Part shown: piece by piece, positions 24,366 to 36,331 of the stretch
Layout of the letters: every line of letters begins with the position of its first letter
Numbering within the stretch: position 1 is the stretch's first letter
Assembly (NCBI RefSeq): GCF_964194155.1
Contig: NC_135907.1
Span: forward strand, 15,934,001-15,998,000
Length of the DNA stretch: 64,000 nucleotides
Source: Cetorhinus maximus
Lineage: Eukaryota
Reading direction: 5' to 3'
Translations under genes and position numbers: made by a program
The notes under the pieces: model-generated
What the model was told of the DNA's origin: nothing
The model's database searches: none
Seen by the model: the letters and a program-made list of their open reading frames with translations, nothing else

Positions 24366-27120
24366 TTTTTTCTTTTTGAACAAAATGAACCATGTTAAAT
24401 AATCAGAAAAGAGGGGAGGTTAACGTGGGGAGGAAAACAAAAAGAGAGGAAATATAGTCAGAAGATTGGTAATGTGCTTACAAGAAAAACAGAAGAAGGT
24501 TAGTTGGAAACATACTGAATACAAACATGAGACAGACAATGCCTTTTGGAGTAGTTGAAATGGTCAGGTCTCAATTGGAAACATCAGATAACTTAAAGAG
24601 GCCAGGATCCAAAAACCCAAAACAAAGTAGGCTGACACCGAAGGAGTAAACACTCCTCCCAAGTTTCCTGACAGAGACTCTCTATTCCAAGCATCAACCT
24701 ACGTCTCCCTGTGTGATCGGCTTATCTGTCAATTCTGTCCCTTCCCTTCTGTCCCTCTTTTACTCCACTTTACTAGAATGTCTATTTATCTTTCAGGTCT
24801 AACAAAAGGCACACAAGAAAAATGCCAAAGCCTGTCTTCTTTTACAGATGCTGGTTGATGTCCTGTGTATTTTCAGTATTTCCTGTTGTCTTTCAGATTT
24901 CCAGCAGCTTTCATTTTTATTTAACTATACATTTTGTAAAGCTATTGGACATTGTGATTGCATGGGGATTGCACCGAGGCATACTGACACACTTGCATGT
25001 TCACTCATCACTCCCAGCTCGCTGACATATATTGACTTTCCAGTCTGGCAAGACCTCAATTTTAAATTGCTCAGTAAAAAAATGTTTTTCCTCATGTCGT
25101 CTTTTGCCAACCAACTTAAATTGGTGTCCTCTGGCTGTTGACCCTTCTGCAAATTCCTCCACGACCTCACCCCTCTATATTTGCAATCCTCCAAGAAATC
25201 TGCGCTCCTGCAATTCTGGATTCTTGCACATCCCTGGTTTTTATCGCTCCACCATTGTCAACTGGGCCTTCAGCTGTTTGAGCCCTAAGCTCTGAAATGC
25301 CCTCCCTAAAACCCGTGTTTCCATCTCTTTTTTTTTCTTTTTAAAAATGCTCCATAAAATCTACCAACAACCGAACTTTTGGTCAAGATATCCTAATATC
25401 TCCTTACGTGACTCGATGATAAATTTTGTTGGTAATGCACCTGTGAAGCACCTTGGGATGTTTTACTGTGCTAAAGGTGCTATATAAATACAAGTAGTTA
25501 TTGTTGCATGTCCAGCACCGTGAGGGTCAAGCAGTTGGGAAGTTTGTTTGGTGCCATTTTCAGATAACAACTTGGCCACCATATAGTTAGGAGTGGTGAT
25601 CAAAGATTAGCAGGAATGGCACAGATTACAAATGAAACCCCAATTTAAAAATATTTACCTATATCCTTTAGTTTTGTGATGTAACAAGAATTGAATTACA
25701 CGGTTAGATTGGCAAAGCTGAGTCTAAGGTTGAGAGGAGATTTGATGGAGGTATTCAAAATCATGAGATAAAAATCAGAGTAGATAGAAAGAAACTGGTG
25801 CTGTTGGCAGAAGGGTCAGGAGCCACAGGACACCGATTTAAGTTGATTGGCAAAAAATGACGTGAGGAAATTCCTTTTTTGCACAGCGAGTGGTTAGGAT
25901 ATTTTTTTGTTCATTCATGGGATCTGGGCGTCACTGGCCAGGCCAGCACTTATTACCCATCCCGAGGGCATTTAAGAGTCAACCACATTGCTGTGGGTCT
26001 AAAGTCACATCTGTAGTCACATGTAGGCCAGACCAGGTAAGGATGGCAGATTTCCTTCCCTAAAGGACATTAGTGAACCAGATGGGTTTTTATGACAATC
26101 GACAATGGCTTCATGGTCATCATTAGACTTTTAATTCCAGATTCTTATTGAATTCAAATTCCACCATCTGCCACCGCCATGGTGGAATTTGAACCTAGGT
26201 CCCCAGAACATTACCCTGGGTCTCCAGATTATTAATCCAGCACCAATGCCTCCCCAAACTGCCCGGGAGAGTGGTGGAGGCAGCTTTAATAGTAGCTTTC
26301 AAAAGGGAATAGGATAATTATCACAGAATCATAGAATTGTTACAGCGCAGAGGGACGCCATTTAATGGGCCCATTATGTCTGCACCTGTTTTGCCAAATG
26401 AGCAACTCACCTAGTTCCATTTCCTTGCCTACTCCCCGTAACCCTGCACATTCTTTTCAAATAACAGTCTAATTCCCTTTTGAAGGCTTCCGCTGAACCT
26501 GCCTCCACCACGCTCGCAGGCATTGCATTCCGGACCCTAACACCCGCTGTGCGAAAAAAAATATCTCCTCGCATCACTTTTAACTTCTTTTACTAATTAC
26601 TTTAAATATACGCCCCTTTGTCCTCGATCCTTTTTCATCCGAAGAGACAAAAGGAAATCGCAGGTCTACAAGGAAACGCGACTGGCCGAGCAGTTCTTAC
26701 GGAGCTGGCAGGGACATGACGGGCTGAGTGGCCTCCTTCCATGCTGTAGCCATTCCATAATTATATGTGAAGTATATGCAAAGCACATTGATTAACAGTG
26801 GCTGTTGTCTCTCGGCCATTCTGCCTGTCCCAGTGTGTTTTCTCTGTGACAGGACAAATAAAACTGGACGTTTGTAACTGCTGTCATAATCCTGACCCCA
26901 TTTGGCTGCTGAAGCTGCTGTCAGAGGCTGATTTAAGAGTGAAAGGTAATTGTAACCAGGGCATAAAGGTAAATAATTATTTTCCAATAAAACTCAGGAT
27001 TCGCCAAGCGAATGACTGGCAATTGCATCAGAACTTGAATTTGGCTCCATCGTTTCCACCTATTTTCCTAAAAAAAAAACGATTTTTTTTTTAAGATACA
27101 AAGAATGGGTTGGGAGAAAA

Positions 27121-27300
27121 GTCGCTTAGCAACGCAAGGTAGGCTTCAGGGCGGCCTGCACTTCCGGTACACCCCAACCTGCTGGCAGGCGGAAGCGGGG
27201 ATTGACTGGCAGCACGCCGAGCAACCAGAAGGCAGGACGGTGAGGTAATACCCGGGGATCGGCCAATCGCGGGGCGGAGGAGGCGGGACCGGTCCGGCAT
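27121..27300 (+). promoter_or_regulatory. KMT5C: CpG-rich promoter of KMT5C
   Basis: Local CpG/GC island with an RFX X-box-like GTCGCTTAGCAAC (27121-27133), ETS ACTTCCGG (27160-27167), CCAAT (27263-27267) and GC box GGGGCGGAG (27271-27279), followed by a strong donor AG|GTAAGC at 27352/27353. Confidence 0.75.
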
Positions 27301-27352
27301 CAGGTTTGGGTGGCGTGCGGAGGCACCTCGGGATTGTCTCAGTGGTTTAAAG
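27290..27352 (+). other. KMT5C: Probable non-coding exon 1 of KMT5C (start approximate)
   Basis: Lies just downstream of the CCAAT/GC boxes and ends at consensus donor AAG|GTAAGC; no ATG. Confidence 0.65.
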
Positions 27353-27601
27353 GTAAGCTTGTAGCATCAGTAATTTTTTTTTTTAAATGCCAAAAAATTG
27401 TAAAGTGTAAATTAGGGCCTGGGGATGTTTTGGACATTTAAAAATGATTTCAATGCCTGGAAACGGAAACCTAAGCTATTTGCTCTTTGTTTACAAATAC
27501 ATTGTAAATGTCCAGCAGTTTCAGCCCTTTTTACACTGATTGTCCTTCTTGAGTTATTGCAGCAGCTCACTTTGCTAATATGTTTCTTCCCTCTGTACTA
27601 G

Positions 27602-27692
27602 TTTTCACCCAGGTGGGTACTGTTCACTGCTGGGTGCGATATCAGGCGTACTGGGCAACCCCCCTCCACGCCCAGATACCTGTCCCCCCCAG
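27602..27692 (+). other. KMT5C: Candidate second 5'UTR exon of KMT5C
   Basis: Branch-like GCTAAT, pyrimidine tract and TAG acceptor at 27601; donor CAG|GTGAGT at 27692; no ATG. Confidence 0.5.
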
Positions 27693-29469
27693 GTGAGTGG
27701 TCATATCCCAGGTGAATGGCCATTTCCCACGAGCCAAGACAAACAGCAACTTGCACTTATATAGCACGTTTAACGTAGTAAAAGCATCCCAAGGTGTTTC
27801 GCAGGAGCGTTATCGAACAAAATTTGACACCGAGCCACGTATTTCAAAATCATGAGTGGTTTTTGCAGAATAGATAGGGAGAACCCGTTTCAGCTGGCGG
27901 CAGAGTCAAGAACCAGAGGGCACCGGTTAAAGGTGATGAAGCGGCAACAGGAGGAAATACTTTTATATGCAACGAGTGGTTAGGATCTGGAATGCACGGC
28001 CTGAGAATGTGGTAGAGGCGAGTTCAGTCGAGGCTTTCACGAGAGAATTGGATAATTATCTGAAGAGAACATTTGCAGGGCTATGGGGAAGAGGCAGGAG
28101 AGTGGGAGTCCAGCAGAGTGGGCACAGACATGTTGGGTTGAATTGCTTCCTGTGCTGGAACCATTCAATGATATGATTAGCACAGCTGACCAAAAGCTTG
28201 GTTAAAGATGTAGGTTTTAAAGGAAGAGAGAGAGAGAGACACCCAGAGAGAGATTTAAGAAGGTAATTCCAGAGCTTAGGGTCGAGGAAGCACAGGGGTG
28301 ATGGATAAAGTGGAGTTGATGCAATTAATAAGTATTAGAGAGGAGTTGTAGACAATTTTTTTTTCATTCAGAGGATGATGAGGGTCTGGAACTCACTGCC
28401 TGAAAGGGTGCTAGAAACCCTCAATGTATTTAAAAAGCATTTGGACGCACTTGAAGTGCGATAAATTCAGGGCAATGGCTGAAGGGCTAGAAAGTGGGAT
28501 TCGGCTGGGTAATTCTTTCCGCTAGCACAGATAGGATGGGCCAAGTGGCCGACTCCTGTGCTGTAAATGTTTGACTTTTCTATGGTAGGATACAGGCAGC
28601 AGAGCTTTGGATGAGCTCAAGTTAATGGAGGATGTAAAGTGGGAGGTTGGCCAGGAGAGTATTGGAATAATCAAGTCTGGACAAAAGAAAAGCATGGAAG
28701 TGGGTTTAGCAGCAATTTTTATGATTGATTCGTTGGATGTGGGAGTTGCTGGCAAGGCCAGCATTTATTGCCCATCCCTAATTCCCATGATTTTGACCCA
28801 GTGATGATACAGGACCAGTGATATATTTCCATGTCAGGATGGTGTGTGACCAGGAGGGCGACTTGAGAAGATGTTCCCATGTGCCTGCTGCCCTTGTCCT
28901 GAGGTGCTGTTGAAGAAGCCTTGACAGGTTGTTGCAGTGCATCTTGTTGCTGCTACAAACTGCAGCCACTGCGCTGGCAGGGGAGGGAGTGAATGTTTAA
29001 TGTGATGGATGGTGCGCCAGTCAAGCGGGCTGCTTTGCCCTGGATGGTGTCAAACATCTTGCGTGTTGTTGGAGCTTCACTCCTCCTGGCAGGTGGAGAG
29101 TTTTTCTTCAGTCTTTGTTGGAGGTGGAGAGAGCAAAGGAAGGGAGTTTGAGAAGACGGGTTGTAGTGGAGTGGAGACCAGGGATCTCTTTGCATTTCAA
29201 AATGGCCCTGAAACCGTAAGCGACTCCGTCCAGACCTGGTGATGAATGGCTGAACTGGTTGTCTACTGTAAAATGATCAAGTCTGCGTTCCTTGGAGTTG
29301 AGGGCCATACCAGGATTAATGACCAGGGTGATCATTAACAGTTTAATGTGGACAAGTGCACCATAGGTGGAGGTGAGACTTTGGTAGCTGCAGAAATATC
29401 ATGGTGGATGGAGGGCCAAAGGCTAGATAGTTGATCATTTGGAAGTGCTGTTGTAAGTGATGTGAGGGA

Positions 29470-29473
<4 letters not shown>

Positions 29474-29503
<30 letters not shown>
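29474..29503. repeat. Poly-C tract
   Basis: About 30 consecutive C. Confidence 0.9.
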
Positions 29504-29504
<1 letters not shown>

Positions 29505-31924
29505 CCAAAGGGGCAGACACAAAAGGAACTGGCATTGTCATGGAGAAGGGAGATGTGAGTGGTGAGAGATACAAGGAAGTAACCAAGATGATTGATACAG
29601 TGCAAAAATTTATATCTAGAAATATTAAGGAATGATGGAGGGCGGTGAACACAGGAGAGAGAGCCTGACGAATTGAGATGAAAGTGGCAATTGCCAAGGA
29701 TGAGAAGCCGCTCACCGTCGAGGCTGAATGATTAAGAGGAAAGCAATGAATGTCACTGAGCTAATTAGTTGTAAGGGAAATGCTGCAGAAAAGCCTAACA
29801 CTGTCTCCCTCAAACCCGCATTTATCTTGCTCAACTGCCACCGAAATCTATTTCCTGGGTGACTCCTTCTGTTTTGCTATTGGAATGTGGAGCTTGCTAC
29901 CACAGGGAGTGGTTCAGGTGAGTAGCATAGATACGCGTTTGAGGGAAAGCTAGCTAAATACATGGAAGAGAAATGAATAGAAGATTATGTGGATAGAGTG
30001 AGATGAAGTAGAGCGGGAGGAGGCTCATGTGGAGCATAAGCGTTGATAGAGACCAGTTCTGCTGAACGCCTGTTTCCATCCAGTAAATTTCCTGTAATTC
30101 AATGCATCTGCACCTTTCTCATCTCCAGACTTGATCATTCCCTGGCCAGCCTTCCGTCCCCCACCTACCATAAACTGTGGCTGGTCCCAAATTTTGCTGC
30201 CTGTGCCTGACCCTGCAGCAAACCCCACACCCGTTACTCCACCCTCACTACACGCTGGTTTCTTGTCCTTCAATCCTCCTCCTCAGTAATGTCTTCCAGC
30301 TTTTCAATCCCCTTCTCCACCACACAATATTCCATTCCTTGGACTACAGTCTCTATGTATTCTTCCCCAAACCACTGGTGGTCACTACTCCACCCACCTC
30401 AGCGCCCCCGTACCCCGGCCCAAGCTGTGGCTACTCCTCCTAATCTTTGTCCCTTTGGTTCACTGCCATTTTCCACATGACTCTGCAGCACTTGAGATGC
30501 TTTTCTACATTAAAGGCACCATATAATTGCAAATTATTGTTGTTAGATAGCCTCAAAAGTGGGAGATCTGACCAGTTTTCCGCTCCCTAACCCAAGCCCC
30601 TTTTTGGTGCTTCTGTTGTTGCCTCACTGACTTTCTTTGGACAAAGTAACTGAAGAAAAACAGTGTTATGAAGGAAGTCACAAACTTGCCCTAAGAGCTT
30701 GGTGGGTGTGAGCTGTGAAACAGTTCAGATCAGTTTGATCACTGCTCTGTACCTAGCTAGTATTTAGTTGGTACAGATGTTATAATTGCACTGGGTAGGG
30801 GGAAAACAATCATCCAGCATTTGCACTCCCATCCAGTTACCAGTAGCATCAAGTACAGATATGATTCAGCTCTGCTGTATTGCCCTCATGGACAATAATC
30901 TGACAGTACTCAATATCAAGACATGTATACGAGAAGTGGCTGTGATGCTCCTTTAGATTGTGGGCACACACCGGAATTTCTTAGCCAATCTCTTAGCCGC
31001 TTCAGTTGGTTAAAACTTGTGTCTGGCTCACCTACGAGGTGCTCAAAGTATTGGCCTCGGAAGTAAAATGTCATCTAATTGGCTATTGCGAATTATTCTT
31101 GCCTCAGCTTCAGTAATTTTGACAGGCTGTTTGACCACTGGGGGCATCACAAGTAAGCCTAATCTTATCCAACTTTAATAATGGGGAGACAGTGGGGTAA
31201 GCGGTAATGTCACTGGACCAGTAATCCAGAGGCCCAGGCTAATGCTCTGGGGTCATGGGTTCAAATTGAATTTAAATTCAATTCATAAAAAATCTGGAAT
31301 TGAAAGCTACCTGGTTCACTAATGCCCTTTAACGAAGGAAATCTTGTGTGGTCTGGCCTACTTGTGGCTCCGTATCCACAGTAGATGTTGTTGACTCTTG
31401 ACTGCCCTCTGAAATGGCCGAGCAAGCAATTGAGTTCAGGAACAATTACGGATGGGCAACAAATGCTGGCCTTACCAGCGACACCCACATCCCATGCAAG
31501 AATAAATAAGCAGGACAGGTCACATAGCAACCACTGACCCACACCCCTTGTTCCACAGGAACATTTAAGGCTATGTAGTGCTCTTACATGCTTTCTTGGC
31601 TGAGATCCATTAACTCCACACACAGTGAGAAGTGAACCTGGGACCTTGCTTTCTGCATGACTCCAGAGTACCATTTCCTTAACTGAGGAATTGACTGTTG
31701 ACAGCAGTTTGTTTGTGATGAGGAGTTAGTTTGTTTTAAGAGCTGTCAGAGCTTTGGAGCTGAGTGTTTTTGAGTTTCCAGGCCTGGTGAAAGAGAGGAG
31801 AGCTTTGGAGATCTTGATTTCATTCCAACTCTTAATTATAGGGCATGTTATCCTTACTTTGTGGTTGTTTATTCTGACGTATTCTTTCCAAATGCAGTAC
31901 ACAACAGTATGGTGATTGCAGGCC

Positions 31925-32034
31925 ATGGAATCCATACGTGTGACAGCTAGAGATCTATGTGAATATGATGACCTTGCAACAAGCCTGGTGCTGGATCCTT
32001 ACCTGGGTTTTCAAACCCACAAAATGAACATCAG
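31925..32034 (+). CDS. KMT5C: KMT5C coding exon 1 ([36 protein letters not shown])
   Basis: Kozak GCCATGG. Matches the short SUV420H2 N-terminus ([30 protein letters not shown]). Donor AG|GTAC, phase 2. Confidence 0.95.
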
Positions 32035-33739
32035 GTACAACAGTTCAGTCAGTTATTTTTATTCTTCGAGTGTCAGCCACAGTTCAATGGGTAGCACTCT
32101 CGTTTCTGAGACACGACTCTGATTTACGATTTCGGGCAAAAGATACGGGAGGAACGTGAGGAAGAACTTATTTACACTGTGAGTGGTAATGACCTGGAAC
32201 TCGCTGCCTACAAGGCTGGTGAAGCGGAGATGATCAATGATTGCAAAAGGAAATTAGATGGGCACTTGGGCATAAACATGCAGGGTTATGGAGATAGAGT
32301 GGAGGGATGGGACTGACAGGATTGCTCCACGGAGAGCTGGCATGGACTCATTGGGCCAAATAGCCTCCTTTTGCTCCGTAAGACTCTATGACAAGGTTGC
32401 GGGTTGACGTCCCGGAGCAACCCAGGCTGGCACTGCCAGTGCAGTACTGAGGGGATGCTGCACTGTCAGAGGCACAGTCTTTCAGATGAGATGTTAAACC
32501 GAACCCCAGCCTGCCAACTCAGGTGAACATGAAATATCCCACGATACTATTTCAAAGAAGAGCAGGGGAGTTCTCCCCAGTGTTCTGACCAATATTTACC
32601 CCTCAATCAACATCAGAGAAACAGTTTAGCTGCTCATTACCACATTGTTCTTTGTGGGAGCTTGCTGTATGCAAATTAGTGGCTGCATTTTCTACATTGC
32701 ACAATTGACTATACTTCAAAAATAGCTTTATTGGCTGTTAAGTGCTTTGGGACATCCTGAGGTTGTGAAATGCAAGACTTTCTTTGTTCCTTGGCTGTAG
32801 CCAATCTGTTTGAGCTCAGTCATGCAAACCTCCACTAGAAACATTTAAACTGCTTGAGCTGTTTAAGATGATTAAAGGATTTTTTTTAGAAACTATTTCG
32901 TCAGGGTAGGGGAGGGGAGAAGAGAAGAGGAGTGCAGATCAAGGGGGCCCAACCTTAAAACTAGAGCTAGGCTGTTCAGGGACGAGGTCGGGAAGCAGTT
33001 CTTCACACACAGGGTTGTGGAAACCTGGAACCCTCCTGCCCAGTTTGTGTCAGACAAGGGTGTGAAGAATGACAAAACCAGGAAGGATAGTTGGAATTAA
33101 AATATACGTCAGCCATGATCTAACTGAATGACAGAATAGGTTCAAGGGCTAGAATGGCTTTGTCTTGTTCTTGTGTCCCCCTCATTGCCTCTGTTTCTCC
33201 TACTCTGCTGTCCTTTGAAATTTTAAAACTGAGACTGATAGATTTTTGTTAACTAGAGGTATTAAGGGATGTGGGGCAAAGGAGGGTGTTAGGTCTCAGA
33301 TCAGTCATGATCTGATTGAATGGTGGAACAGGATCAAGGGGCCAAATGGCCTTCTCCTGTTCCTATTTTTCCAGTATGTCCACTGTTTCTCCTGCTCCAC
33401 TGTTTTCCTTTTCTCCCTGTGAGCTTCTAGTTCTGCCTTCTGCCCACTTCTTAATAGAGCCTCTACCCACTCTATTTTCAATAGTTTCTGTGCCACTTTT
33501 TTCCAACCTTCATTAAGTTCATCTTGTCTGATTAGGTTGTGAACACTCCTGGATGATTTATAAGCTACCCCAGGTAATACCATCTGGAAGCATGGAGCTT
33601 CGACAGATGTGACTTCTCCTTAACTCCATCTGTCCTGCGATGTTTGCTACACAACTACCTGTTTAACATTAAGATTTGGATGACCTGAAATTTTCTTCAC
33701 ATTTTTCGACAAAATCAAAAATCATCACTTTAAATAAAC

Positions 33740-34050
33740 ACCTGACTGCCTCTGGCCTTCACTCTTTCGCCCTTCCCGCTGTTCCTTAAGGCTTGAAATG
33801 GAGGTACGCTACACGATTCCCTGAGTGAGGCTTTATCCACCCCTCAATCCTCCCCGTTACCCAACAGTTTTCTTCTGCCTCTGGAACCTCGCCCATCTCT
33901 TCCCCATCACTACAAGCACCTCAGTTCATTATCATCTTGAGACTTAATTTCACTAATATTTGGCCAAAGTTAAGATTCATTCAGAATACTACAGCCAGCA
34001 TCTTCACCTTCACAACATCCCACTCCCCCATTACCCATGTCAATGTCTAG
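33740..34050 (+). mobile_element. Ancient L2-like LINE fragment (similar at about 25150-25500 and 28590-29760 -)
   Basis: Degenerate RT-region and 3' similarity (e.g. GLHSTTTRLLK). Confidence 0.45.
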
Positions 34051-34487
34051 CTCTCTGTGCTTCTGTAGTGACTTGGTGGTATTTGTTTTACCTCAGCAAT
34101 CTCTAAGAGTACATCCCTGCTCCTTTAATAGGGTTTTCCCAGTGTCTTCGCCAGTGTTAATCCCTTAACCATCATCACTAAAATAGATTGTCATCACCTT
34201 TCTCATTATTGACCTCCGTGCTTGCTAAGTTACAATTGTGACTACGCTTCTGAAGCACTTTGTTGAATGTGAAACACTTTAGTACATCCTGAGGTTGTGA
34301 AAGGTGTTCTATGAATGCAGGTCTTTGCCTTTTTTTAGTGGCTTATTTGCTGACTTTTGGTCAGATGGTATTTTAACTGCTGACTTTTAAGCCTTTGAGG
34401 ATAGAAAGAACCTCTTGTTCTTGTTTGACAGGGGTCTAGTAAGAAGTCTAATTCTCAATGGTTCTGTGGTGATTTTTTTCATTCCAG

Positions 34488-34653
34488 CAATCGACCCGTT
34501 GTAAGGAGACACCAATACCTCAGGGACATTCTACAAAAGTTTCTTAAGTCACGAGACTTGGAGACAGTGTATCGGGCCTTGACATTAGGAGATTGGGCCT
34601 GGCATTACTTCTTGCACAAAACTCCTCTCGCAGAAGAAATATTCAAAGCTCAG
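34488..34653 (+). CDS. KMT5C: KMT5C coding exon 2 (SNRPVVRRHQYLRDILQKFLKSRDLETVYRALTLGDW...FKAQ)
   Basis: TTCCAG acceptor, CAG|GTGAGT donor; in frame; homologous to the SUV420H N-domain. Confidence 0.95.
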
Positions 34654-35023
34654 GTGAGTGAGCAGGTGGATCATTTGTTTGCCGGTTTTTCTCCCTTTCC
34701 TTGAGACCTTCCTGTAGTAAGGGTGTTGGCAGCCCTCGTCACCATGCCTGAGCACCCAATTTTTACCCAGACAGAATCTTGTAGGCTATACAGTTATGGA
34801 AATCATCACTGCTGGGCCCCATCCCATCTTCACCCAATGTCCATACGTGCGTTTTGCGGCGCACAATAGGATAGGCAAGAAGGGATGTAAGGCTGATTTT
34901 CTTTGTTCCCTTATCCCAAACGCAGGAATGCTGAGGCCAACTGTGGAGTGCTGCCAATCCTCAGCAGCTTTGTCTGTCTCAGTACCATGTAGTGTATATA
35001 CTGACTAAGCCATCAGGGTGGAA

Positions 35024-35267
35024 TTGTATAAAATGTCCCTTGTGTTAATGTTATGTTAATTACATTGTTAAGGTTGAGGATAAATAAGTGGAGGGTATTG
35101 ATTGATTAAGTATCTTGAGCACATATAAAGAGGTACTGTTGTGACACTGAGTGAGTTAGTAGATAGGAAGCAGACATATGTCATGCTGCATTCTGTAAAT
35201 AAATTATCAAGAAAAGGAATTGCGTCCAGTTTCATACTTAACCATCTGGCTTGGGATCCAGTTATCA
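35024..35267 (+). mobile_element. Possible solo LTR in a KMT5C intron
   Basis: TG...CA-like ends, TATAAA and AATAAA in LTR-like order. Confidence 0.35.
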
Positions 35268-35845
35268 CCTTGGCCTGGTGACTGGAATGTGTGGTTTATA
35301 TGTTTTGCAGGAAACAGTTATAAAGCATCAAGCTATCCATTCTAAATTGTGCATTTGCAAATTATTCCATTCTGCTCCTCTGCCTCAATCTCCATAAGAC
35401 ACTGCCTTCCACTGGAGTGCAGCTCGTCATGCATTGGCTGCCCTCTGGGGCCTTATCCAAGTATTCATTCTTGTGTGTAAGTCCAGAAAGTAAAGATTGA
35501 CAGGTAACCCCACTATTGGTGTCACAGATTAGCCCTGATTTTGTCCTTGCCCACCATCCACACAGTTTCAGTATTCATTGGATGGGATCAGACACCTCTG
35601 ATTTTTTTTTTTCTCTTCACGCTTCTCCCGTCCCTTATTCCATGCCCCAGATTGAGGCATTGATCCCAGCTGTAACAGCCTCGGCTGAGACTAGTTATTT
35701 CACTGCAAAGCAGGCACAAGCTTTGGGACCTGCTTGTCTGTTCAGGTGAGTGCTGCACCGGACAGCTCCTTTTACGAATCAAATTGTTTTACCCATTGCA
35801 AATTTAAATCGTGTATTTTAATCTTGTTTTTAGTTTTGTGGTCTG

Positions 35846-36159
35846 NNNNNNNNNNNNNNNNNNNNNNNNNNNNNNNNNNNNNNNNNNNNNNNNNNNNNNN
35901 NNNNNNNNNNNNNNNNNNNNNNNNNNNNNNNNNNNNNNNNNNNNNNNNNNNNNNNNNNNNNNNNNNNNNNNNNNNNNNNNNNNNNNNNNNNNNNNNNNNN
36001 NNNNNNNNNNNNNNNNNNNNNNNNNNNNNNNNNNNNNNNNNNNNNNNNNNNNNNNNNNNNNNNNNNNNNNNNNNNNNNNNNNNNNNNNNNNNNNNNNNNN
36101 NNNNNNNNNNNNNNNNNNNNNNNNNNNNNNNNNNNNNNNNNNNNNNNNNNNNNNNNNNN
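35846..36159. other. Assembly gap
   Basis: Run of N. Confidence 1.
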
Positions 36160-36221
36160 CAAGTGCCTTTCAGGATAGATATTTTATTTGTTAAACTCCT
36201 GGATTTCTGGTGTTGATTTAG

Positions 36222-36331
36222 GTATTCCGTTATCTTCGAATATTCCTACCTGAAAGTGGCTTCGAAATTCTACCTTGTAATCGATACTCTTCAGAATCCA
36301 ATGGAGCCAAGATTGTATCCTTGAGAAAATG
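36222..36331 (+). CDS. KMT5C: KMT5C coding exon 3 ([37 protein letters not shown])
   Basis: TTTAG acceptor, TG|GTATGT donor; conserved start of the SET domain. Confidence 0.96.

Noticed and set aside
31181-31270. tRNA genes
   Set aside because: A/B-box-like sequences are SINE heads continuing into SINE bodies; no complete cloverleaf seen.
35734-36216. ORFs spanning N runs (also 49705-50137)
   Set aside because: Artefacts of assembly gaps.
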